This document shows positions 47,978 through 58,112 of a DNA stretch of 60,194 nt, piece by piece (position 1 is the stretch's first letter; the number at the start of each line of letters is the position of its first letter). The stretch covers positions 1 to 60,194 of the forward strand of contig JAYSTY010000438.1 of the NCBI GenBank assembly GCA_043719385.1. The letters are read 5' to 3'. The notes beneath the pieces are model-generated. The model saw only the letters and a program-made list of their open reading frames with translations, searched no databases and was not told the DNA's origin. Source of the stretch: Blastocatellia bacterium (GTDB taxonomy: Bacteria; Acidobacteriota; Blastocatellia; RBC074). The position numbers and the translations under genes are program-made.

Positions 47978-48624
47978 GTTTCAACTCTTTTCCTCGCCGC
48001 ATTCAGCAATTCGCGGCGTACCTGAGCCAGAAAACTCTTCAGCGCCATATTCGTTTCTCGTGCAGCAGGCACAAGCAACCAATATTCTGTTTCGATGACG
48101 GCTGATAATTCGTGGTTGGAAACCTGTAACAATTTTTGCTCGCGCCAGGCCTGCATTGTCGTTTCGACTGCCAGAAAATAAATTTCTGCGTCGTCACTCA
48201 GGGCTGCGAGATGCAGCATGCGCCCCAGCCCATTGCGGGTTGGCGCTTGCCTCCATGCCTCAATCAACGCTTTGGCAAATTGCGCGTTGGTGCGTAATTC
48301 GTCATTGCCTGCAATATAAGCAGCTACGCCGTGCAGGTCATGTTCGGCTAAAATTTCTAAAATTTCGCCATACAAAACCTGATCAGATTTGGCCTGTGTA
48401 AGTGCAGAGCAGTCACCTTCGTTCGCACGATTCAGTAATTCAGCGCGCAGCATCTCGGCATCCAGCGCAGCCATCATTTGGGCTGACGGTGGATCGAATA
48501 AACTGTTTGGAACTACAGTCGGTGTGTCCGGTAAATACTTTTGATGGGAGTCACGCTTCCAAAAGAAAGTGGCTAAGACAAAAGCTGTGAACAGGAGAAC
48601 CAGAATAATTAGTACAGCGCTCAT
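47974..48624 (-). CDS. hypothetical membrane-anchored protein
   Basis: 216 aa with a single N-terminal TM helix. It lies upstream of, and in the same direction as, the flotillin gene. Not recognisably NfeD. Confidence 0.5.
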   Translation of the reverse strand: MSAVLIILVLLFTAFVLATFFWKRDSHQKYLPDTPTVVPNSLFDPPSAQMMAALDAEMLRAELLNRANEGDCSALTQAKSDQVLYGEILEILAEHDLHGVAAYIAGNDELRTNAQFAKALIEAWRQAPTRNGLGRMLHLAALSDDAEIYFLAVETTMQAWREQKLLQVSNHELSAVIETEYWLLVPAARETNMALKSFLAQVRRELLNAARKRVET

Positions 48625-48938
48625 CGAAATGGCGCCTCGTGCAATTTCTCAAAGGCTGGGTCAATCGCCCATTGCCGCTATTCGGAAATTGCTCGGGAGG
48701 CTTGCTCCTTTGTATGATACGACGCGGCTGAGAAAAAAGTTCACCAGACCAGGGTGGCTGCCAAAAGCAAGCCAGCAATATAGCTGAAGATTCATTGATC
48801 TTTCACATAATTTTTCCAGCAACTTCGGACAGCCGCAAACGTATACCTTGCATCGAATTCGGTATATCATTTAATTTTGACTGGTGATTTATTCGGCAAT
48901 AGTAAGAAAATTAGTGGAAATCTTTTTGTGGAGTATTT

Positions 48939-50126
48939 ATGAAAGCATACCAAATTTCAGCTAAACAACTGGTCGGGCTGGCGTTGCTCACAGCATTTTT
49001 CGCGGGCAGCGTAGTTGTATTTTATGATCGGATTGCCCCCTCGCTGTTAGGACGCTGGGCGGGCGCGAAAGAAAACGGAAAAGTACCTGACCCGCCCATT
49101 GCAGGAATCACTGATCCTTCCGTGACTACCGATGAGAAAAACAACCGCGAAGTTTATGAAACTATGAGTCCGGGTGTGGTGAACATTACTTCGACGACGT
49201 ATGTCCGCGACTTTTTCAGTATCCAACAACAGGAAGGCAGCGGCTCCGGCTCAATTATTGATAAAGAAGGTCATATCTTAACCAACTTTCACGTTATCCA
49301 GGGCGCAGCCGAACTGGATGTTGCGCTTTCCAACGGCAGGCATTATAAGGCAACCAAAGTTGGCGAAGACCTCGATAACGATATTGCCATTATCAAAATT
49401 AGCGCTCCGAAAGAAAATTTGACGGTCGTGCCGCTGGGTTCGGCCAAAGATTTATTCGTTGGGCAAAAAGTGCTGGCGATTGGCAACCCGTTTGGACTGG
49501 AAAGAACATTAACGACGGGAGTCGTTTCCGGGCTTTCACGTCCACTGCGTTCAGAATTTACCCGGCGCTTAATCGAAGGTGGAGTTATTCAAACTGATGC
49601 CTCGATCAATCCTGGCAACTCGGGCGGCCCGCTGCTTAATTCACGCGGCCAAATGATCGGCATGAACACGATGATTTACAGCCCGTCGGGTGGTTCCGTC
49701 GGCATCGGATTTGCCGTTCCGGTAGATACTGCCAAACGGATTGTGCCTGATTTACTGGCTTATGGTCGTGTGCGCCGTCCGCGCCTTGGCATTGCCCCGC
49801 GCGAAGTGACGCCGGAAATTGCCGAACAACTGAACCTGCCGGTGGCGCAGGGCCTGCTGGTGATGAAATCTTTTCCTGGTGGAGCCGCCGAACGAGCCGG
49901 AATTAAAGGCTTGCAATTAGAACGGCGCGGCTATGAAGTTTATTATTCCGGCGGCGATGTCATTACTAAAATTGGCGATCAGCAAATTGCTTCACCTGAT
50001 GACCTCGACAAAGCATTAGGACAAAAAAACCTGGGTGATAAAGTGCAGGTGGAACTGATTCGCAACGGTAAGAAAGTCGTTATACCATTGATCTTAACTG
50101 AAGGTCAGGACGCCAGACAGCAATAA
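48939..50126 (+). CDS. htrA: HtrA/DegP family serine protease (trypsin domain + PDZ)
   Basis: 395 aa. Catalytic triad context TNFHVI, DIAIIK and GNSGGPL, with a C-terminal PDZ. Confidence 0.9.
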   Translation: MKAYQISAKQLVGLALLTAFFAGSVVVFYDRIAPSLLGRWAGAKENGKVPDPPIAGITDPSVTTDEKNNREVYETMSPGVVNITSTTYVRDFFSIQQQEGSGSGSIIDKEGHILTNFHVIQGAAELDVALSNGRHYKATKVGEDLDNDIAIIKISAPKENLTVVPLGSAKDLFVGQKVLAIGNPFGLERTLTTGVVSGLSRPLRSEFTRRLIEGGVIQTDASINPGNSGGPLLNSRGQMIGMNTMIYSPSGGSVGIGFAVPVDTAKRIVPDLLAYGRVRRPRLGIAPREVTPEIAEQLNLPVAQGLLVMKSFPGGAAERAGIKGLQLERRGYEVYYSGGDVITKIGDQQIASPDDLDKALGQKNLGDKVQVELIRNGKKVVIPLILTEGQDARQQ

Positions 50127-50149
50127 GAAAGACGGCTCAGGAACAAAAT

Positions 50150-50190
50150 AAAGTTGGGAAAATACCCGGGCCAGGTATTTTCCCAACTTT
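50150..50190 (+). terminator. terminator-like hairpin downstream of htrA
   Basis: Perfect 17-bp stem aaagttgggaaaatacc / ggtattttcccaacttt with a 7-nt loop. The stem ends in TTT. Confidence 0.6.
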
Positions 50191-50283
50191 GCAGGCAGAA
50201 ATCTTACTAGCAAAATCCCACCTGCTCAGGCACAATGAATCATTATTTTGCCACTAACTTTACTTCCTATTGACGAGATTAAA

Positions 50284-50742
50284 ATGGCTAAAGCAGGATC
50301 ACAAGTCGGACAACTCGCACCTGAAATTGATTTGCCGGACGGAAATAGCGAACGCTGGCAACTGAGCCAAAGGCTCGGTAAGGTGATAGTTTTGCTGTTT
50401 TATCCCGGTGATGAAACCCCTGTTTGCACGAAACAATTGTGTAGTGTCCGCGACAATTGGGAGCGTTATGAGCAGGCTGGAGCCGAAGTGATTGGCATCA
50501 GTGCCGATTCCGTTGAAAAGCACCGCAGCTTTGCCAAAAATCACGCTTTACCTCTACGATTGTTGTCAGACAGCGCGGGGAAAGTGATTCGGGCGTATGA
50601 AATGAATTCTTTTCTGGGGACAAAACGCGGCGTCGTCGTGATTGATAAAGCCGGGGTGATTCGCTATCGCAAAACTGTGGTGCCTATTTTCCGCCCCACT
50701 GACGACGAGATTCTGACCGCAATCGCTAAGGCGCAACAATGA
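50284..50742 (+). CDS. bcp: peroxiredoxin (Bcp/AhpC-TSA family)
   Basis: Start at the ATG at 50284 (MAKAGSQVG). Has the FYPGDETPVCT peroxidatic-Cys motif. Confidence 0.85.
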   Translation: MAKAGSQVGQLAPEIDLPDGNSERWQLSQRLGKVIVLLFYPGDETPVCTKQLCSVRDNWERYEQAGAEVIGISADSVEKHRSFAKNHALPLRLLSDSAGKVIRAYEMNSFLGTKRGVVVIDKAGVIRYRKTVVPIFRPTDDEILTAIAKAQQ

Positions 50743-52550
50743 CTATGAGTGAAACCTCTTCCATGGCAATGACTGCCGAATTCAATCCAGCAAATCGGCT
50801 CCAGGATTTAATTAACGAGCTGAGTGTGGAATTTATTTCGATCCTCGACCTTGACGAACTGGTCGAGCGAATTGCGCTGCGCATTAAGGAAGTGATTGAT
50901 TATAAATTCTTCAACCTGCTACTCGCCGATGAGGCAAACAACTATCTGGTATGGAAAAAATCCATCGGTTACAAGCCCGAAGAAGTAGCGCGAAATCGTT
51001 ATATTCCGTTTGATCGCAGTATCGCTTCCGCAGCGTGGCGGCACGAACATACGATTATCGTGCCGGATGTCCAGCAAGACCCGCGCTACCTGAAAATTGA
51101 CGTGGAGGGAAATGACGAACCACGCGGAATGATTGCCGTGCCGCTGAAATTGATTCGTGAGCAAAAAGTCGTCGGCGTGTTAACCATCGAAAGTGTCGAA
51201 CCGAATTACTTCACCCGCGAGCATGAACGCATCCTCAATGTTCTGGGCAATCAGTTAGCTGTCGCCCTGGAAAATGCCCGTCTGTACGAGGAATTACGTG
51301 CTCGAACAGATGAGATGGAAACGTTGATTGACATCGGACACGAAATCAACTCCATCCTTGATCTGGATCATTTGCTGGATCACATTACCCCGCTGCTGCA
51401 CCGTGTTATCGCGTTTGATAATTTGTCGGTTGGCTTGATTGACGAAGACCCGGAAGAATTTGTCTGGCACATTGAAGAAGGTTTCAATGCTCCCAACAAA
51501 TCACAAGCCTCGCGCACCCACATCACGCAGGGCATTGTCGGGCGCGCCGTGCAAAATCGCCATCCGGTGATCGTGGGTGATGTCTCGCACGATACGGATT
51601 ATCATGTCACGAAAGGTTGGGAGGAATGCGCCCACCATTCAGAAATGGCTGTGCCGCTCATTTACAAAGATAAAGTGATCGGCGTCATCGCGCTTGAAAG
51701 TCGCCGCACCAATGCGTTCGGACATAATCACGCGCATTTGCTGCAAAGTGTCGCCAACAATTTAAGCATCGCCATTGCCAATGCTCGTTTGTATGCAGAG
51801 CAGGTCGAGCGCGAACAATTACTGGAACATGAAATCCTGCTCGCCCGCGACATCCAGCGTGCCATGATCCCGGACAAGCCGCCTGCCCTGAAGCGGTTTG
51901 AAGTCGCAGCCAAGCTTGAACCAGCCTTAAATTTGAGTGGCGATTTTTACGATTACATCCGACTCGCTGATCATAAAGTAGGCATGATGATTGGTGATGT
52001 AGCCGGAAAAGGGGTACGCGCCGCGATGGGCATGGCGGCCTCGCGCAGTATCACGCGTTTGATGGCACGAAGCGGATTTGGTCTGGCGAAAATGATGCGG
52101 GCGACGAATTCACGTCTCCACCGCGATCTGGGGCGGCAACTGCTGGTCACGATGGTTTATGGCGTCCTGAATACCGAAGCGCGGACTTTTCAATATTCCA
52201 ATGCCGGACATAATCCGCCAATTTTGATGCGCCCCGACGGTAAGTGGCGTGCCTTAAAAACAGGCGGCTTGATGCTGGGCATCTTCGATCAGCAACAATA
52301 CAAAAGCGAAACGATTTACCTGCAAAAAGGGGATGTGCTGTTTTTTTATACGGATGGTTTAAGCGAAGCTCATACCGCGCCACCGGAAAGACTGGAATTT
52401 GGCGAGCGCCGCATTGTTGAAGTGCTCCGCGAACATCGCCGCGAAAAAGCTTCGGTGATTGCTGATGCTGTCCTGAGTGCCGTCAAAGAGTTTTCGATGG
52501 ACGCTCACCAGCACGACGATTTGACTTTAGTAGTTTTGAAAGCCGTGTGA
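50739..52550 (+). CDS. GAF-GAF-PP2C (SpoIIE/RsbU-type) protein phosphatase
   Basis: 603 aa. Two GAF-like regions followed by a PP2C domain (SGDFYDY, GDVAGKG, YTDGLSEA, DDLTLVV). The start overlaps the bcp stop (ATGA). Confidence 0.85.
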   Translation: MTMSETSSMAMTAEFNPANRLQDLINELSVEFISILDLDELVERIALRIKEVIDYKFFNLLLADEANNYLVWKKSIGYKPEEVARNRYIPFDRSIASAAWRHEHTIIVPDVQQDPRYLKIDVEGNDEPRGMIAVPLKLIREQKVVGVLTIESVEPNYFTREHERILNVLGNQLAVALENARLYEELRARTDEMETLIDIGHEINSILDLDHLLDHITPLLHRVIAFDNLSVGLIDEDPEEFVWHIEEGFNAPNKSQASRTHITQGIVGRAVQNRHPVIVGDVSHDTDYHVTKGWEECAHHSEMAVPLIYKDKVIGVIALESRRTNAFGHNHAHLLQSVANNLSIAIANARLYAEQVEREQLLEHEILLARDIQRAMIPDKPPALKRFEVAAKLEPALNLSGDFYDYIRLADHKVGMMIGDVAGKGVRAAMGMAASRSITRLMARSGFGLAKMMRATNSRLHRDLGRQLLVTMVYGVLNTEARTFQYSNAGHNPPILMRPDGKWRALKTGGLMLGIFDQQQYKSETIYLQKGDVLFFYTDGLSEAHTAPPERLEFGERRIVEVLREHRREKASVIADAVLSAVKEFSMDAHQHDDLTLVVLKAV

Positions 52551-52562
52551 GTTGCAAGTAAT

Positions 52563-53234
52563 TCAAAATCCTGGCTCAAACCCAATCAAGCTCGCGACAA
52601 TTTCATCAGCAGCTTTCAACTCTTCGGCGGCATAGCTATTCGTCACCGCCACACAGCGCATTCCCGCCCGTTTCGCGGCTTCCACTCCGGCAACTGAATC
52701 TTCAATCACTAAACATTCATGCGCCTGAATTGGTGCATCGGAAATTGCATTGAGCAAATCCAAAGCGCTCAGGTAGCCTTCGGGATCGGGCTTGCACTCG
52801 CTCACATCTTCTGCTGCAACAATCAATTTAAAACAATCGCTGATGCCACCGCGTGCCAACACAAATTCGATCTCCGGGCGCAAAGCCCCGGAAGCAATTG
52901 CCAGCGGATATTTTTCAGCACAGCTTTTAATAAATTCTACGACGCCGGGAAAGAGCAAAAATCTTTCTTCTATCGCCTGCCGATAATAGGCAGCCTTGCG
53001 CTCAATCAATGCCTGAATAAACTCCTCATCCGCCGCGTCAGGAGTGCGATTGTTATCTTTCAAGGCTTCCGTAAAACAACCGCGATCATCAAAACCCAAA
53101 TATCGTTCGTGATAGTCCTCATCCGTCAAAAAAAGCCCTTCTTCAAGTAAGACTTTGCGAAACAATTCCAGGTGCAATGGCTCGTCATCAACAATCACGC
53201 CATTAAAATCAAAAATAATTGCTCTCAGTTGCAA
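52563..53234 (-). CDS. HAD family hydrolase (beta-phosphoglucomutase-like subfamily)
   Basis: 223 aa. Motif I IFDFNGVIVDDE, with motif III/IV EDSVAGVEAAKRAGM. Confidence 0.85.
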   Translation of the reverse strand: MQLRAIIFDFNGVIVDDEPLHLELFRKVLLEEGLFLTDEDYHERYLGFDDRGCFTEALKDNNRTPDAADEEFIQALIERKAAYYRQAIEERFLLFPGVVEFIKSCAEKYPLAIASGALRPEIEFVLARGGISDCFKLIVAAEDVSECKPDPEGYLSALDLLNAISDAPIQAHECLVIEDSVAGVEAAKRAGMRCVAVTNSYAAEELKAADEIVASLIGFEPGF

Positions 53235-53251
53235 ATGAATAATCCTTTTCG

Positions 53252-53857
53252 TTATGGCATCAATTTTACGTTGAGACCAGTCAAAACCTTATCGCTGGCA
53301 TCCACAAATCGCAAACATCCCTGCCAGTTATTTTCCTGATTGACGACTTTAAAAACAATCGTATTCACACCTTTGTTGAGCGTAAATCCTTTGGAAGTAT
53401 CCTGATCTTTTTCCAGTGTGCGCGTATCCTCAAAGGCGATGACCTGCACTCCATTCACATACAGTTTCGCTTGATCGTTGCTGCCGATTTTGGCTTTGAC
53501 GCCTTTCATTTCCTCGTCAGCTACGATGTATGTCACGGCATACGCGACAACCTGTTCGCCTTTTCCGCCGTTTACATATTTGACGAAATCTATCAAGAAA
53601 TCAGGCGTTTGATGCACTTTCCATTTCATCTTCGCCGCGCCAATCGTGGCTTCGTCGCCTTCCTTCGGCTGAAGATTTCCTTCGTCTTTAATTTGTTTTT
53701 TATTGAGTTCTGCCGCGCCCTCGTTTTCTTCTTCCATCGCAATCGGAGCCAGAATCAGCCAGTTACGAATGAAGCCGTCTTTGTCAGGGCTTTGCTGTGT
53801 AGCAAATACAAAACCTGTGATTGCTAACGTTACTAAAAATGTCAAAATTAATTTCAT
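53252..53857 (-). CDS. hypothetical secreted beta-sandwich-like protein
   Basis: 201 aa with a signal peptide. Has a GFIRNWLILAPI opening. No confident family assignment. Confidence 0.5.
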   Translation of the reverse strand: MKLILTFLVTLAITGFVFATQQSPDKDGFIRNWLILAPIAMEEENEGAAELNKKQIKDEGNLQPKEGDEATIGAAKMKWKVHQTPDFLIDFVKYVNGGKGEQVVAYAVTYIVADEEMKGVKAKIGSNDQAKLYVNGVQVIAFEDTRTLEKDQDTSKGFTLNKGVNTIVFKVVNQENNWQGCLRFVDASDKVLTGLNVKLMP

Positions 53858-53920
53858 CTCGGTACTCCTTTAAAATTTGTTGATTGATAATTCATGAGCA
53901 ACCAGCGAATTTAATCATTC

Positions 53921-54820
53921 CTAATCGAAAAATGGAAACAGCCGCTTGATCTCTGCTTTGTCAGGTCTGCGTCCGTATTCGCAAATCTCGAAAGCTTCCG
54001 CATGCTGCACCCTCGCAGCGCGATCTTTACCGTACCATTCTTCGAGATTCCTGCGATATTTATTGGCAATATCTTTCTGGCGATCCACAAAACGCGCACG
54101 GACAGTTGCCCACCGCTTTTTCACAAATTCCGGGTCTTTATTCAGCAGGGATTCGTCACCGTTCGCGCCGCCTTCGTAAAACTGCGACACCATGCCGAGC
54201 AATCCGTCGAGCTTCTTTTCCATCACGGAATCAATGTCTACGATGATGTCCGCCGCGAATGGATTTGGTTTATCGAAGCGATCTGACGAATATAAAAACA
54301 CTGGATTCTTTGTCAGGTGTGGCGTCTCCGGCACGAAATTCGGAACTGTCACCATATACGCCGCATCCTGTACGAGTACGCCAGTGTAGCGATGATCGGG
54401 ATGGTAATCGTTCGGACGATGACTGATGACAATATCGGCTTTCCATTCGCGGATCAGCTTCACTAATTTTTTGCGATTTTCGAGCGTCGGCAATAATTCG
54501 CCGTCGTGATTATCGAGCAATTCAACCGTGTAGCCATTGGCTTTTGCAGTACGCTCAACTTCGGCTTTGCGGCGTCTGAATAATTCTCCACCGGATTCTT
54601 TCCAGTGTCCGATGTCGCCGTTGGTGACTGCGACTAATTTGACGAGATGCCCTTTCGATGCCCACAATGAAGCGACTCCTGCTGTTCCGATTTCAGGATC
54701 ATCAGGATGCGCGCCGAAGACGATGACGCGGACTTTTGCATCCTGGGCAAAAATTGATGAAGAGCTGAGGCAAAGAAAAACGAATATTTGAAGAGCGATA
54801 ACGGTAGTTTTATGTTTCAT
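53921..54820 (-). CDS. PIG-L family deacetylase (LmbE-like), secreted
   Basis: 299 aa with a signal peptide. Has the VFGAHPDDPEIG metal-binding motif and an HPDH motif. Confidence 0.8.
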   Translation of the reverse strand: MKHKTTVIALQIFVFLCLSSSSIFAQDAKVRVIVFGAHPDDPEIGTAGVASLWASKGHLVKLVAVTNGDIGHWKESGGELFRRRKAEVERTAKANGYTVELLDNHDGELLPTLENRKKLVKLIREWKADIVISHRPNDYHPDHRYTGVLVQDAAYMVTVPNFVPETPHLTKNPVFLYSSDRFDKPNPFAADIIVDIDSVMEKKLDGLLGMVSQFYEGGANGDESLLNKDPEFVKKRWATVRARFVDRQKDIANKYRRNLEEWYGKDRAARVQHAEAFEICEYGRRPDKAEIKRLFPFFD

Positions 54821-54837
54821 AATTTCTCCAAAAAAAT

Positions 54838-54918
54838 GTCCAACAAACTTTAGCTTGTTGAGGCTTCACAATAGAAACACAGTTGCTAAGAGAAGCAGCA
54901 AACTGAAGTTTGCTGGAC
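54838..54918. repeat. paired hairpins bracketed by a 13-bp inverted repeat
   Basis: gtccaacaaactt (54838-54850) pairs with aagtttgctggac (54906-54918) with one mismatch. Inner hairpins are caacaaac-ttta-gcttgttg and cagcaaac-tgaa-gtttgctg. Confidence 0.7.
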
Positions 54919-54931
54919 ACTAAAATCCTTT

Positions 54932-56122
54932 CTACTTAATGCTGCCGTGTGGATCAATCACGTATTTCTTCGCCGCACCTTTATCAAAATCTGAGTAGCC
55001 TTTCGCCGCCTCATCCAGCGAAATTACTGTCACGTTGCAGGCTTTGGCGACCTTGATTTTATTGAATAAAATCGCGTTCATCAATTGGCGATTGTATTTC
55101 AGCACGGGAGTTTGCCCGGTGAAAAAGGCGTGGCTCTTCGCCCAACCCAGGCCAAGGCGAATGCTGAGACTGCCGATCTTTGCGGCTTCGTCTACGCCGC
55201 CGGGATCGCCCGTCACATACAAGCCGGGAATACCGAGCGAACCTCCAGCGCGAGTGACTTCCATAATTGAATTTAATACGGTTGCCGGACGTTCAACGCC
55301 TGAATCTGCGCCGTGTCCGCGCGCCTCAAAACCTACGGCATCAACCGCGCAATCCACTTCAGGAACGCCGACGATTTGTTCAATCTGTTCGGCGAGCGTC
55401 GCTTCTTTCGTCAAGTCAATCGTTTCGCATCCGAACGATTTTGCCTGTTTCAAGCGAGCTTTGTTCATATCACCGACAATCACGCAAGCCGCACCCAACA
55501 GGTGCGCCGAAGCCGCAGCGGCTAATCCAACCGGCCCCGCTCCTGCGATGTAGACAATCACACCGGGGCCAACACCGGCGGTTACACAACCGTGATACCC
55601 CGTCGGCAAAATGTCCGACAGACAGGTCAGGTCTTTAATTTTTTCCATCGCCTGCGCAGCATCAGGAAATTTCAGCAGGTTGAAATCGGCGTACGGAATC
55701 AACACGTACTCAGCCTGTCCACCAACCCATCCGCCCATGTCTACATAACCGTAAGCCCCGCCTGCGCGCGCCGGATTGACGGTTTGGCAAATGCCGGTTT
55801 TTTGTTCTTTGCAATTGCGGCAACGTCCGCAAGCCACATTGAAAGGTACAGAACAAAGGTCGCCCACTTTCATGAATTTCACATCACGTCCGGCTTCGAT
55901 GATTTCGCCCGTGATTTCGTGACCCAGAACCAGTCCGGTGGGAGCCGTTGTCCGACCACGAACCATGTGCTGATCACTGCCGCAAATATTGGTGGAAACT
56001 ACTTTGAGGATCACTGCATGTTCGGCTTTCTTGCCGTCGGGCATTGCGAGTTTCGGATACTTGATGTTTTGCACTTCGACCTTGCCGGGGCCGAGATAAA
56101 CTACACCACGATTGTCTGCCAT
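54932..56122 (-). CDS. fdhA: glutathione-independent formaldehyde dehydrogenase (zinc MDR)
   Basis: 396 aa. The opening NRGVVYLGPGKVEVQNIKYPKL and the motifs CGSDQH and GHEITGEI, together with the length, are typical of FdhA. Confidence 0.85.
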   Translation of the reverse strand: MADNRGVVYLGPGKVEVQNIKYPKLAMPDGKKAEHAVILKVVSTNICGSDQHMVRGRTTAPTGLVLGHEITGEIIEAGRDVKFMKVGDLCSVPFNVACGRCRNCKEQKTGICQTVNPARAGGAYGYVDMGGWVGGQAEYVLIPYADFNLLKFPDAAQAMEKIKDLTCLSDILPTGYHGCVTAGVGPGVIVYIAGAGPVGLAAAASAHLLGAACVIVGDMNKARLKQAKSFGCETIDLTKEATLAEQIEQIVGVPEVDCAVDAVGFEARGHGADSGVERPATVLNSIMEVTRAGGSLGIPGLYVTGDPGGVDEAAKIGSLSIRLGLGWAKSHAFFTGQTPVLKYNRQLMNAILFNKIKVAKACNVTVISLDEAAKGYSDFDKGAAKKYVIDPHGSIK

Positions 56123-56342
56123 AGCTGTTGTCTCCTAAGTTTAAGTGGATAAAGTTATGCGGGGCAATTCAAACCAGAGTCATTGCCCCGCAGTCGTGAC
56201 TCCATAAAGCTGCTGTCATCTGTGTACTACTGCTTCTAAAAAATCGTTTTGTAAATGGTGGGCAAATAGTAGCGAGAGATTTGCTGTAAGTCGAGAGAGT
56301 CGCCCACGAAAGACACGAAAGAACGTGAAAAAAATGTTTTCT

Positions 56343-56522
56343 GTCATCGAAGATGACTAACACTATAGCCTGGCGAGAATCGCCAGGAAGGCAGAAGGTA
56401 AATCTATCGCTCGCTGAAAGCGAGCAACATCTGAATTGTTCGACGCCTTCAGCGTCGGAGGGTATAGCTATCGTTAACCCAGCGATTCTCGCCGGGCTAT
56501 AATGTTGGTCGCCGTTGGCGAC
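56343..56522. repeat. hairpin-string palindromic element (same grammar as 35059-35236)
   Basis: Five short GC hairpins at 56343-57, 56369-87, 56409-25, 56441-57 and 56508-22. A 20-bp inverted repeat pairs 56364-56383 with 56482-56501 (one mismatch). Confidence 0.8.
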
Positions 56523-56547
56523 AAGAATCGAAATTGAGAATAGATTT

Positions 56548-58074
56548 TTAGTCGTGACGCAAAGCCTTAATCGGGTCAACCCGCGCCGCCTGTGAAGCTG
56601 GATACAACGCCGCCAGCAGTGCAATTAGAATCGCAAACAAAATCGCGCCAATCCATAGATACCAGGGGATTGAGAAAAATTGAATGTACGTCGTCGCTGA
56701 TTTCACGATGTATTTATTGACTAACGGATTCGCAATGCTCGTCAGCCCCCAGCCAATCAGGACACCGAACAATCCGCCCATAAATCCGATCAGACAAGCT
56801 TCAAAGAAAAAGATTTTCATGATCTCGCTGTCTGATCCGCCAATCGCTTTCATAATGCCGATTTCGCGCGTGCGTTCGCGGATAGACATAATCATCGTAT
56901 TGGAAATCCCGAACGAAGCGACGAGCAAAGCTATGCCACCAATCAAAGCGAGCGCCCCGTTGATGAATAAAAATACGCGCTTGATTTCATCCAGATTTGG
57001 CAGTGGAAAAACATTGAAGCCACGTTTTTTCAGTTCCGTATGAACGATCTGCGTTTGCGTCGGATCAACCACTTGCACTGTAACCTGACGATAACCCGCA
57101 TCGCCAACCAGAGCCGCGCCCATTTGCGACATCGAATCCTGATTCGTCTCCGCAAAACGTTTCGCCTGCTCAATCGGAATCAGCAAACCTGCCAGCCCGC
57201 CGAATGGATTGAAGTTGCGTTGTTCATTCGGCAACACGCCAACGATTTTAAAGACGTGGCGATCAAATTTGGTATCAAGTTCTGATGGGGATTTTTTCTC
57301 GTTGTCCTGACCTGGAGCGTTCATTAGTGGAATGCCGAAAATGCTGGTTGGAGCGGCGTCACCGCCCTTGAGCGTCAATAATATTATTTCTTTGCCGAGA
57401 ATTTTTTCAGCGGCGGCAGTCCGCTCTTCATCACTTTTATCCGGCTTTTCTAAACTGGCAAATGGTCCGCGCCGTTCGCGTTTTTGCGGTTCCGTAAATC
57501 CCTGGGCAAAATTTTCATTGACGATTATTTCCTCCGCGTCATCGCTGCTGAAGCCTTGTCCTGCCAGAAATTTTTTGAAGCCAGGAACGCGTTCAAGATT
57601 GGCAAAAGCTCCGCTGATGGAACGGCGACGCGTGTGATCTTCATAGCGCAGGTAACTGGAAAAATTGATATTTGGAACCGCGTATTTGACGCCGGAGATT
57701 TTTTCAATTTCGACTAATGCTGCGTCATCTAAAATCCGTCGAGGTTCAGGCGTGGGGCTTGGGCTTGGATTAATTTCTGGCGTCGGTGTTGGAGTCGGTG
57801 AAGCCTGTTTCTCTTCCTCTTCATCAAACGGAGTCCGCGCCTCGCTGATTTCAAGCAGCGCGTCTACATTGACTCCAGAAACCGTAATCGTCGTAAAAAT
57901 TTCCAACCGCGCCAGTGCACTGGTGATGATATTGTTTTGTAAGCCCAGCCCAAAACTAACCATCGTGATAATCGCCGCTACGCCCACGACTACGCCCATC
58001 ACCGTTAATGCGGTGCGGAGCTTTGCTTGGCGTAAATTGCGAAGTGCGAGTTTGAGAAGGTCGGTGAGATTCAT
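56548..58074 (-). CDS. ABC transporter permease (MacB/FtsX-like)
   Basis: 508 aa. N-terminal TM helix, a large periplasmic domain with a PTPTPTPE linker, and a C-terminal FtsX-type 3-TM bundle. Confidence 0.8.
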   Translation of the reverse strand: MNLTDLLKLALRNLRQAKLRTALTVMGVVVGVAAIITMVSFGLGLQNNIITSALARLEIFTTITVSGVNVDALLEISEARTPFDEEEEKQASPTPTPTPEINPSPSPTPEPRRILDDAALVEIEKISGVKYAVPNINFSSYLRYEDHTRRRSISGAFANLERVPGFKKFLAGQGFSSDDAEEIIVNENFAQGFTEPQKRERRGPFASLEKPDKSDEERTAAAEKILGKEIILLTLKGGDAAPTSIFGIPLMNAPGQDNEKKSPSELDTKFDRHVFKIVGVLPNEQRNFNPFGGLAGLLIPIEQAKRFAETNQDSMSQMGAALVGDAGYRQVTVQVVDPTQTQIVHTELKKRGFNVFPLPNLDEIKRVFLFINGALALIGGIALLVASFGISNTMIMSIRERTREIGIMKAIGGSDSEIMKIFFFEACLIGFMGGLFGVLIGWGLTSIANPLVNKYIVKSATTYIQFFSIPWYLWIGAILFAILIALLAALYPASQAARVDPIKALRHD

Positions 58075-58112
58075 AGGATAGGTGCTGGATATTAGGTTTT
58101 AGATGTTAGGTT

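Noticed and set aside
55035-56152. Antisense ORFs of 172, 123 and 186 aa opposite fdhA.
   Set aside because: They are Arg/Pro/Ser-rich mirror frames of a confidently identified zinc dehydrogenase gene.
56169-56624. 151-aa minus-strand ORF spanning the permease-fdhA spacer.
   Set aside because: It is composed of the hairpin-string repeat element and the heptamer array, overlaps the permease 3' end, and has no SD or recognisable domain.
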